DNA from: Auanema rhodensis
Lineage: Eukaryota > Animalia > Nematoda
Assembly (NCBI GenBank): GCA_964057225.1
Contig: OZ059894.1
Span: 16,926,001-16,990,000, forward strand
Direction of reading: 5' to 3'
Length of the DNA: 64,000 bases
Shown here: one piece after another, positions 1 to 12,175 of the stretch
Numbering within the stretch: the first letter of the stretch is position 1
Layout: each line of letters opens with the position of its first letter
Notes under the pieces: model-generated
Seen by the model: the letters and a program-made list of their open reading frames with translations, nothing else
Told to the model about the DNA's origin: nothing
The model's database searches: none
Position numbers and translations under genes: made by a program

Positions 1-82
1 TTCATATATTGTTTAATGAAAGATATAGTTAATGTAAAATGAAAAAGAAAAGAAAAATATTTAAAAGAAAATTAAATTTTAG

Positions 83-1972
83 GGAATGTTCTTTATACAT
101 AAATCATTCATGAAATATCATGGTTATTTAACATCTTCAACATGTCTTGTTGATGATAGATGGCAAGTCAAAGTAACATGTTATGGGGTTCCTTTTCTAC
201 GAGAACTTGAAAAAAGGACTGAAGAAGGTTAAAACAAAATTAAAATTTGTTTTGACATAAAGAAACTTTCAGAACAACTCTATACAGCTCCTGAAATTCT
301 ACGGGATTCAATGAATAATATGCTTGGTTCACCAGAAGGAGATGTTTATAGGTTTTTAAGTTTACAAATACACTTTTTACTGTTATTTCTTTTTACAGCT
401 TATCTATCATATTTTCTGAAATGGTAAGCAGAACAAGTGCTTGGAATCTGGAAAATAGGAAAGAAGATGCTGATGGTATAAGATCTTCTAATATGATTGA
501 GTAATCTATAATTTTAAGAAATTATATTTATGGTAAAGAAAGGAAGTAGAACACCATTTAGACCAGATTTAGAATGCCATGAGAGTGTTGATGTAAATCC
601 ATCTATGGTCAGCTTCACACTATTGAACTGATTAAACGAATACTTTTCATTTAGTTGGCTTTATGTAAAGATGGATGGGAAGAAGATCCACATGATCGTC
701 CAGACATTGTAACTATAAGAAATCTTTTAAAGAATATGAGTAATGGAAGGTTGATAACGAGACATTTGAAAATATTTTTGAAATAATTTTTCTGTAGAAG
801 TGATAACTTAATGGATCATGTTTTCAATATGCTGGAACAATATGCTACAACTTTAGAAGAAGAAGTAGAAGAACGAATGAAGGAATTAACAGAAGAAAAG
901 AAGAAAAGTGATCTTCTTCTTTATAGAATGCTTCCAAAGTCAGTCTTAGAGTATATTCTTTAAAGTTTTCAAAATATTACTTCCAGACAAGTTGCTGACA
1001 AGTTAAAGCTGGGCCAATCTGTTCAACCTGAAAGCTTCGAAAGTTGTACTCTGTTTTTTTCGGATGTGGTTTCGTTTACAACTTTGGCGAGCAAATGCAC
1101 ACCACTACAAGTGAATTTAATTCAATTTATTTATTTCAATTTTTTATTTAATCAGGTTGTTACTTTATTAAATGAGTTGTATACTATCTTTGATAGTGTC
1201 ATTGATGAGCATGATGTTTACAAGGTTACTGTATTGTTTCTGATTACTGTAGGATTACGGTATTGTTGCAGGTTGAAACGATTGGCGATGGATACTTATG
1301 TGTGTCCGGTATACCATTCCGGAATGGAAATGAGCATATTAAAGTTTTTTGTTGAAAATTAATTAAATTTAATAAAATAATTTTTAATAGGAAATATGCA
1401 ATATGTCAATTGGCTTATTAAGAGGTTTATTACCATTTCGAGTTCCTCATCTACCAACTGAGAGAGTGAATATTCGTATTGGCGTTCACACAGGTTTGTA
1501 TTTTATAAAAATAATTTTTTTCAGTTTTTAAAGATAAAAACTATGATTTAGGACCAGTTGTAACTGGAGTTGTTGGTTTAACAATGCCAAGGTATTGCTT
1601 ATTCGGAGATGCAGTCAATACCGCTAGTAGAATGGAAAGTAATGGCAAAGGTTTTTGATGCTTTAGTGATTAGTTTCTGATAATATTGCAATCAATTCCA
1701 GCCAGCCAAATACATTTATCAGCTGATTCCAATGATCTTTTGACATTACACTATCCTACTTTTAAAACAGAAAGTCGTGGAGAAGTTATTATTAAGGTTG
1801 GTCAAGTTTATATGAATAAATAAACAATCAATAACATAAAAGCTTAAAAAGATAAAATTTTTCAAGTGAAAAACGTAGAAAATATCCAATTTTAATCAGT
1901 AATATTGAAATAAGTTTTTGTGTTTAGGGAAAAGGAGTAATGCAAACGTATTGGCTTGTATTTACATTGTGA
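83..1972 (+). CDS. Receptor-type guanylyl cyclase (nematode gcy family), 5'-truncated by window; kinase-homology domain, hinge, cyclase domain; 13 exons visible
   Basis: Splicing 12 GT-AG introns (228-272, 352-398, 476-518, 608-654, 750-797, 939-986, 1111-1155, 1225-1271, 1344-1390, 1494-1551, 1651-1701, 1797-1927) gives [18 protein letters not shown]...YTAPE...GDVYS (pseudokinase), [44 protein letters not shown] (hinge), [55 protein letters not shown]; stop TGA at 1970-1972. Paralog not assignable. Confidence 0.96.
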
Positions 1973-3216
1973 TAGAAGGATAAGTAATTGAAGTTGTATG
2001 AAATGTATTATCTTTTATTTTTATTTTTCTTGATTCACAATTAAAAATATTTTTGTGATGTTATTTAAAATGTACAATAGATATCTTATCTATACTTCTT
2101 TCTATATGAAAAAAAACAATATTTTGTGTTTGAACTCATTAACCAACGATAAATTCAAAGAATTTTCAATTTTTTTATTTGATTATAATAAAATCATAAA
2201 TATCTATAAAAGATTTTTTGATAGTTTTTGATTCTGATAATATATTTTTTTAAAATTAGATAGATAGATAGTTAAATACTAATATTCTCAGGGAAATTGT
2301 TTTCTTAAACACTTATATAAAAGCAGATATCTACATCTACATCTCGTTTTTAAAAATTAATGAAAAGAAAATTTTTTTTTTAATTTCTCACAAAATATGA
2401 GAAAGAGTTGAAAAAAGTTCAACGTAACTACATTTTAGCAATTGGATGTGAAATCTTTTGTAAAATCATTGACCAGACAAAGAGGCAGATTATTCGCAAT
2501 GTCACTGATAAAATGTTATCAATTGGTAAAATAGTTGTCTACAAATTTGAACAGATCACGAAAATTATATCACTCTTTTATTAGGAAGAGTAAAATAAAT
2601 TTGTATGTTTATAATAAAATTTTGAATTCTTTGTGGTTTAAATGTCTTAGATATACTCAAAAGATTAATAATTACTATATTAAAATTCATCTGGAAAGCA
2701 AAATTTGTTTAAAAAATTAAAAAGAAAAGCGAAATTTTCTTTTTTCGTTTTGGTTTGAATAACATTTTACGCTTCTATTGCAAATTATATAAAACTTCAA
2801 TCATATGAAGCTGAAACCAAGTTCAAGTTTTAAAATAACTAGAGCATATTGAACATTGAACCTGATGATAATACGTTCTTGTTATAATAAGAAAAGAATC
2901 ATTGAAATCATTATATACAACTATCGAATAGTTTTCAAATATACATAAAATATTTTGAAAAGAATTTTTCAAAAAATTAAAAGCAAAATATCAACTCAAG
3001 TTGTATTTAGTATAAAGAAAGTATAATTTGTAAAAACAGTTATTCAGAATTTTTGGGAGTTCGTTCAAATTTTTGTTTTTTCGTTCACTGCAAAATGTTT
3101 TCATATCTGTAGATAGTTCGTTATCATATCAGAGGAAAGCTCACATACGTTCTCATTTGAAGAAGGCCTAGACTTCTACAGAGTGATTACACGCATAACC
3201 ATACATACATACACAG

Positions 3217-3832
3217 ATGCAGGCGAAAGAAGCATTTCTTTCTCCCGCAAACTTGCATACATTATCCAAAAAACGAAATCGTCTCTTAAATGAGGTATAT
3301 TTTTATTTTATAAAATTTATATTTATAATTTTAGTTAAAAATATTTTTTATTTCTAAAAGTATTCTATGAAAATCTAGGCAATACAAATTATATAATGCT
3401 GTAATATATGATATTATTATTATTTATTTATTTAATCAAATTTAGAGAGAACAGAGTGATATGCGGAATCGAAGGAGGTTAGCAGTTCAGAAGCATCGAC
3501 AGAAAATTAAAGATAATATTCTGAAATTAGAATCGGTATTCTTTTATTTTTTAATTTTATTAATCAATTTTTTAGTTTCTTTTCACTGTATGTTTTTTAC
3601 TTTTTTTTTCCAGCAATTACATGACATTCAAAAAGCCAATAAACTAAAAGAAAGTGCTATAGATAAGCTTAAAGAAAATGTAAGATAAATCAGATTAAAT
3701 CAGATTATTATAATAATTTTTATTTATTTTCAGATTAATGATTTAATATCAAAAATTGTTAGAGATCCAGATTTATTACAAAAGACTATGCAAGCTTTAC
3801 AACCTGTATTCACACCATCAGTTATAACTTAA
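3217..3832 (+). CDS. Small bZIP protein (~110 aa, C/EBP-like basic region, 4 exons)
   Basis: Four exons joined by phase-0 GT-AG introns: MQAKEAFLSPANLHTLSKKRNRLLNE|REQSDMRNRRRLAVQKHRQKIKDNILKLES|QLHDIQKANKLKESAIDKLKEN|INDLISKIVRDPDLLQKTMQALQPVFTPSVIT*. AVxKxR basic motif, R-x9-L spacing, heptad d positions L,I,K,L,L. The ATG follows CAG, so an upstream exon is possible. Confidence 0.8.
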
Positions 3833-4234
3833 CAAGTTCATAACGTATTCTATAGATTTTCATATTTCTTTTCATTGCACCAAGCTCTTGCTATGCATAT
3901 CTTTCTCAGGGATAGAATGCAATGTATTCATTGTATTTTTTTTTAAATCAGCGCCAACATTCAATTTTATAAGCTTAATCTTTATATGGTTTTATACAAT
4001 TTTTTAGGAAAATTCTTGTGTGAACAAAAAAACGGATAAAAAAGGTTGCTTTCTGAAATTTAGCTATTGAAAAATGCTTTAACACAATAAAAAACAATAA
4101 ATATTGATTTGCTCAAAATTTTCAGCCCTTAATATTATAATAGATTATATATTATATTTTAATAAGATACAATATTGAAGTGTTCATCTTTTTTTTTACA
4201 TTTGTCCAAAATTCCAACCCACAGATCAGATCCA

Positions 4235-7200
4235 TTACTCAGGTGGCTGAAGTGGATGCCATTTTGATACAGATATTCCTTGTCCCTATAACAAAAGAAA
4301 TTTGTTTTCTGATCTCTTCATTGTTTGTTTTTTCATTTGTAAATAAACACTTGATTTATAATTTCAGTTTTTCTTTTACTCATACTTATTCCCGACTTCA
4401 GAAAATTCTACAAGAAACGGCAATTTAGTCATGTGGAACGATTTGCACAAGCTTTTCTTCCATTTGACTTGTGATACTTAGAGAATAAGCTCAGTTTCCT
4501 TTTTAAAATTCCATTTTTCATCTTTGCTCATTGCTTACCTGAATCATCTGCTCCCAATGTTCTTGAGCATCAGGAGTACTGGAATTCAATCCAACAGCTA
4601 GCCAACCCATTTGAACTCTTCTCCTTAGTACACCAACTTGTTGCCATACTTCAATTCTCACTGTTGTTGTTTCGAGGTCAGGACGATGAAGCTAAATCAC
4701 AAAAATTTTGTTTATATGAAGACGTAATATGAAATCATATTAAGCTCTTACAGAGCATCAAATATCCTCGTCAAGCTGTTATCTCAAGTGTTAGCTCAAA
4801 AAATCTTTCCGGTGCAAGTAATTCAAAGAAGGTTTCAAACATTTCAGAATTATAACCTACGCGTAACAGCTTTAAGAACATAAAAAGCTCTATGTTCAAC
4901 AAGAACTTTGAACATTTGCTCTGATGTTTTCTTCAAAAATATTCTAACCTGAATGCTACTAGAATGGTCATAGTGCGGTTCACTATTTCCTTTAACTAAA
5001 TCAGTTTTTTGTCTTGAAAATTCATTGCCAAACTCTCCACTTGCCACAATCTTGATGAAAGTATCTAGAAATAATAAGATAAGCTTTTTGATCAATGAAT
5101 GAGAATACACAATTTAATGAATTTGATAACATTATAAACTGATAAATTAAATATGAGAAATAAACTTTAAATTTATCAAAGATATTCACGTTTTATCTTT
5201 TTTTCATCTCTATCTTACCATCTCTCACTCTCTTTATATCTTTGTTTCATTGCATTCTAGGCTCTAAATTTTTTCGTTTCAATCAAATATGCAGCAGCAA
5301 GACTTGCAAAATTAAAGAAAAATAAATACAAAGATGATAAATACCTGGAGGTTTATACTTTTCACCAAATTGAGAACCTCTTTCAATCCCAACAGTTACA
5401 CATGAATGTTCAGAATCATATGAGAGTGATATTAATAACTGAAATATATAAATTTATAAAATAAAATATATAAATATATCTTTCTATAAAGATTCTATTC
5501 TATTATCCTGATCTTTAAACTAATTTAAAAGTAAAATTCTCGGAAGAAATTTGATAATTGTTTGAATTTGCAGACAAAAGCAGGTGATTTCCAAAAAAAT
5601 CCCCAATTTCTTGAAATTTTCTATTTTTAGATCTTTTCGTGCAATTATATATATATTTATATATACATAAATGATATAATAATAGAATATTTTGGTAATT
5701 TCGAATAAAATATAAACTTTCAGTTAAAGTTGTGACGTAAATTTGCCAAAATCTGTTTCATTAACTTCGTAGGAATAAATAAATTTTCTCCGAACATTGC
5801 AAGTTTGACTTTGTACTCCATGAACCGATATGTAGATCTGCGGTTTTCTCTCTGTCAGTCTAACTCTATCTTTCTCTTTTTACTTCTCTAACTCTCTCTT
5901 TCTCTCTGTTTTCTCTATCTATCTGTCTATCTTTACTTTTTTTTTCGCAGAATTGTCTTTGAATTATCAAATGAGAATAATCTATTACCAAATTTTAGAC
6001 ACATTACTTTTACATTGTGCCTTATCTCATAATGGGCTTTATCTCTTGTCTCTCTCAAGATTTCATCAATCAATTCTTGTTCAAACAGTTCAAAATTCAA
6101 AGTAATAGTTGGTAATTTTAATTTTGGAAGCTAGGAATACACTTACAAACCTCGGGTGCATCGTTGTTGGGTTGACTACAGAATCGACCGCAAGCATCGA
6201 CCATACTGTTTCGACGACTATCGCCATTAATATTTCCATTAGAAACACGATGCATTGAAGGAGATAATCCGGACTGAAGTAAACAAAATAAAATAATTAA
6301 AAGTTAAAAATCAAAAAATTTAAAACATTTTTTAACAAAAAAAAATTAAATTTGACAAGACAACTTAATATTTTGTTTAAATTTGTATAAATAATACTTA
6401 TTACTTTTAAATATCAATTATTATCAGTTTGTTATATTATATATATAGATCATATCTATATTTGTATATTTGATGCATATTAAATTAAAATATAAGTAGA
6501 ATAAATTAAATAATTCCATTTGATAATACTAATATTTCGATTTATCACAATATGTTTATAATGTGAAAATATCATTTCAGCTAAATTAACTAAAAACCAA
6601 AAAAATAATTTAAAAAACTAACTGTCTCTCTTCTCTCATTTCAAAGATATGTGAAGCATTTCACATATATTACATAAAGTGTGAATGTTTAAGGAAAATA
6701 TCCAACATATACTTAACATGAAATATGCTTTTTCTTTTTAAGAAAAAGAAGGATAAATATCTGTTTCAAGGAATATTGCTTAGATGCCAATATTTCAACA
6801 AAATATCTTTATGAAGAGATACAGATAGAGAGAGAGTAAGAAAGAAAAAAAATTGAAAGAAGGAACTACTCAATTGTGAAATACCAATGTCCATATCATC
6901 TGGCAAAAAGCCCATTTTAGGATTAATAACAAATAAAAAGAAATATGAGTATTGGAGGTTGATATGTATTAGTTTACATCCTACTAATAATATGAATTTA
7001 TTGTAATTTTTGAATGACAAACTATTTTTCTTATTATACATAGTATTTCTATTTATTTATAGTAAAAGCCATCCAAAAATAAAATATATTTTTCGTTTAT
7101 ATTTTATAAACCAATAAAACATATTTAAATATTGTATATAAGAATAGCCAAGATATTGCCAGATATTTACGTTGCTTTTCCATTTTAGCTTTTGTTTGAC

Positions 7201-9207
7201 AAGCGACTCCGTTGTATTTTCTCTTCCTTGATCTTTTCAGATTAGAAAATACAAAATGAAGCATAAAAAACCAAAAAATAGCAGAAAAAAAAACAAAAAT
7301 GCCATAAGAATCAAAGAAATTGACTCTACACATCTCGTTTTGCAAATAGGAATATGTTAAATATAATACATACACATATACATAGATAGAAACATGAAAA
7401 GGACGATCTACTATGTCCTTTGACTTGTGATGGGACATGATGAGATTTGTGGGTTATTCGTTTAAATGTTCTCTCATTGATCTCAATTTAGTATCAAATG
7501 TTGTCTCATAATCAAAGATGAATATCTCAAATTGCAAAAGAAAAAATTGAATTTCTTTAAACTTTGAAAGCATTTGATTGTAGTTATGAAAGTTGAATCA
7601 AAATAAAAATAATTTGTATCTAGATAAACTTTATCTATATATATCTATATATCTATATAAATATTTATATAATACGTATAATCAGAACATACAAATGAAA
7701 ATAAAGAAAAAAGAAGAAGAAGAAAATCTCTTTTTTGTGCGCTAAATTAACTTTTTTTTAAAAGATAAGCAGTCAGTACAACAGATATTACTAATGCTGA
7801 TACTGCTAATTTACAGTATGATGATTATTCGTTGAGGTGTAAGGATAATCGAATATATTTTCGGCTTATAAAGGGCTATTAAACTTATATTATAGTTTTC
7901 AACAAGATAATTCAAAAACGCAGAAATGAACCAGCTGAAAATGGCTTTTCTGCTCATTAAGTCTATATAATTTTGAGAATATGAAAGGGCGGAGCAACGA
8001 TTTCGAAAGGAAAGCCAATGATAGTTTTGTTGCAAATACGCATTGTCACTTCAGAGAATTAAACCTTCATTTTTCTTCATAAATTTCAGTAAACTTTAGT
8101 CTTATTTTCTTAAAAAAATGTGAAAGATGAAAGAAAATTTAATAAATTTGTGAATAAATCAAAAGGCAAATAATTCAACTTAATTACATTTCAGAAAGTG
8201 ACAAGAAAATTATAAATATAAACGTTTTGATATGCATATACATACATATATAGCTATAAAGCGTGTACACACACATAAGCATTGGATTTTCATGGCAATC
8301 ACTCTTTCGTTTAGGTTGGTAATCTATGAATGAAAGGCTAATTAGCGGAGAATATACATAGGCAAGTTTAACAATGCGTGAATCACAAATGCTCAAAGTT
8401 CATACGTTTCGCAATTTTCTGTTGAAATTGATATTTGGAATTGCTGCCATCGTTGACAAGAAACATGAACAGTAAACAGACGAGCAAAACATTTTCTTTT
8501 CTTTCTTTCTTTTTTTTTTGAAAAATCTCCTTTTTCAAACACAACTTGATATATGTATGTAAGCTGGAGAATAACATTGATTCGTTTGTAGTTAATTGGT
8601 TCAATAAGTAGATTCTTTGAAAAGAGTATGACTGTGAATGAAGAATTGAAGATACATATGTATATTTGAATCACATAGTACTTGGTGAAGCATACATATT
8701 CAGTGGCAAGGCTCCAAGGGAAATGTGAAAAGTTGGAGAAGAATCATTCGAAACCATTCTGTTCACACTATCACCAAGGGAATAGTGAAAGAAATAGTAG
8801 TTAGAACCTTCCTAATTTTCAACAGAAAAATAAAAGAAATTCAGAAAATGAGGAAGACATGCTAGAACAAAGTAAGAACAAGAGGTGAAAGATGAAATAT
8901 AAAAAGAAAACAATTCCAAAGTTATAACTATAGGCATACATACATAGAAGCATGTATATGCATATATGTATATACATAATATGTTCTTTTTTTTTACTTT
9001 TAGTGCCGGAAGAAGGAAATATTGAAAAAAGCATCTAATATTAACTTTCACATCCACTTTTTTTAGCTGATCACTGCTTGATGTTCTTAATTTAATATTG
9101 AATTTGGTCTCAAATGTAGGATGTTGCAATGATAATTCGTATATCTCATGGTATAATATTAGAAGCTAGACATAATGCTAATGTTGTTTTTCAAGATACA
9201 TATATAC

Positions 9208-9238
<31 letters not shown>

Positions 9239-11834
9239 TTCTTGATTTTGAACACAAAGAGTTGAAAAGAAGAAAATTGAACAACGAAGATGAGGAGGAA
9301 TAAGATGAAGAGAGAAAAGTACTACGAAGTGGGAAAAGTGATAAAGCATGTAGTACTTGCAGTTCAGATATTGTGATTGTTAAAATAATAAAAAAAGTCT
9401 AAGAATAGTAAGTAAAAATACATTTATTCCTTCTATAACTTGACCAAAAGCATTCAAATTCATAGAATATTTCTAATACATGTTATCAATGACATCACCA
9501 GAATATACTCAAACTTAAATCATGCAAACACGTCAAAAATACTTTTCGATAGGCTCACTTCTTCAAAACTAAAGATTCATATTTAAGACGATTAACGGTC
9601 TATACATATCATAGTTTATATTTTCAATTTTTTTTTAATTTACAGAAAAAAAATTTTGAAATACAACATATAAATCTTGATTTTCTATGAAGGAGATAGA
9701 AAAAGGGGGTAGTTTTAAAGCAAAAAAAAATAACAAAAGAAATATTTTCTTGGCTTCAGTGCTCTACAAATCATTTCAAAATGTTCATATTTAAATACAA
9801 AAATGTAATCTATCAAGTCTGTTTTCAATATCAACACATCCTCAATAGAATTATATACGTATAGTTAAGTTTATCATAAAAATATCTCAAAAATACTTTT
9901 CAAAAAAGATTTTTGTTTCTGAAAAAGGCATATTTAAGCTTTTATTTATTTTTTTGATGAGGATATGGTGTGACTGTTGAAACATGAGATAGCTGTACTT
10001 AGTGTGTTTGTAAAGCTGTATATGTATTACTACAAAGCTGAAAGGAGAAAAGGAAAGGAGCATGTGGATGCCGGCTACCAGTGCTTTTTCAGCTTCTTAT
10101 AGTCAGCAATGGCAAAAGCGTTTTAATGGCAAACGTTTAGGTAAGATTTAAATTGAAAACAATGGTCAAAGATGGAAATATTGAATTTTTGTAAATAATA
10201 AAAATCTTTTTTGATAGACGTGATGAAAAGTAACATAAATTATTGTTGAAAAGGAAAATAATTAATATATTTAACTTATAGATTTAGCCTATCTCATCAA
10301 ATGTGAATGATGTTAGTAAATTAACCTCTTAATTGAATATTTTCCATTGACTAAAGCGAAGTGAAGCTAAAGAGAAGAGAAGAGAGTTAAGACGAAAGTA
10401 AATGAAATATAATTATTTGAAATAAACTATATAAACTACATAAATAATAATAATATGTAATTGATTAAAGAATGATATAACAAAGTATGTTTAATGATGA
10501 ACGTCTTCACTTTTTAGATGATGATCTAAGTATATTTCAGTATACATACATATGTATATCATGCAATGAATACGAATTTTTCATCGCAATACCAGGTAGA
10601 TGAATTATCTCTATTTCCATTGAATTTTCTCTTTTCTTTTTGCAACATCAGAATATTCTTGGCCATCTGAGCCTCGTTATGCTGGCCAGAATATGAAAGT
10701 AGTAAGATATTTTGGTCTTAAAACTTAGAAGCATTGCTTGAATATCCAGAAAGACTTTGTGAGCTTCGTCAAGAAAATGGAAATATGAGAAAAAAATTTC
10801 TTTTGTAATTTGTTTCCAACAACTGTTAATTGTGTTTTAAGATCTTTAATATACATATGTATATACAAGTATGTTATGGAATTGTAAGATCAAATTATAA
10901 GGATAGTATTTCCTAATAAGTAAGTACTATGATAATTTATTTTTCTTGAAAACGTTGAAGGTACTTTTGCCACAAGTGTGATAAACATAGTTTGGAAAAG
11001 ATTCATCATTTCCGTTGAGTGGAACAAAAATAGAAAGATAACCGAAGAAGAAGAAGAAGAAGAAGAAGAAGTACTCAGAGCATTTGTCATTCTGTTTTCT
11101 TAGTGAACTTTGTATATCCTCTTAAGTATATCAATTTCACATTTTCTGATATTTCATCCATAGTTTTAAAGGATGAAGAATAAGTTCATTTTAATCTAAA
11201 CTATACATAGATAAACATATTGTTTAAACTATGCTTAAACTATTTTGGAAAGAAAACTAAGTTTTAAAAGCAAAAAGGCAAGAGTAAACGATTTGAATTG
11301 TAATCTTTTCGCTTTCACCCGGACAAAAATAGAATAAAAAAACATTGAAAATTGAAAAAATGAAAAAGGATCGAGATGACAAGAAATATCGGTAAATCAC
11401 TTTTTAGCATGAATTTCCTTCACAATCTTTGTATGAGGCACAGAAATAGGAGAAAAAGTTTGTAATTTTTTTTCTTTTTGAAATTAAAAATAAATAAACT
11501 AAAATTGAGTATTTCCGAGCAAGCCAGAAACATATTCACAACAAACATAACAAATTATTGAAAATAATTCTATTCTTATATTTTAGTTGAGAGTTACGTG
11601 AACAAAGATGTTCACGTGACGTGAAAGATACGTGAAAGTATGCGATTAAGGGTCTTTTTCATGTTGAAAACTCTTTTACATACAAAGGAATATGAACGTG
11701 TATATGTATATGAGGGGTTATACATATGAATAGATAATGTTCTCAAATAACTAAAAGTTCACCTTTACTCAGTATTATAGAATATTGTTTTCTATATATA
11801 TATACACATCTATATATACATATCTATATATATA

Positions 11835-11886
<52 letters not shown>

Positions 11887-12138
11887 TTATATATTTATAT
11901 ACATATGTATCTATAATATACATGAAAAAGCCTAATTTTGTATTCTTTCATTTATTTACATTGATAAACAAATGTAAATTTGAATGATGTGTTTCTGATT
12001 ATATAACGTACAACTTAATTTTATATTAAACTTGGATATATTTAAATATTTAATTATATTTATTTAGTACTTACTTCCTATATAAGAGAATAAGTTATTT
12101 TTCTATATATATATCTATCTATATATATTATATATACA

Positions 12139-12175
<37 letters not shown>

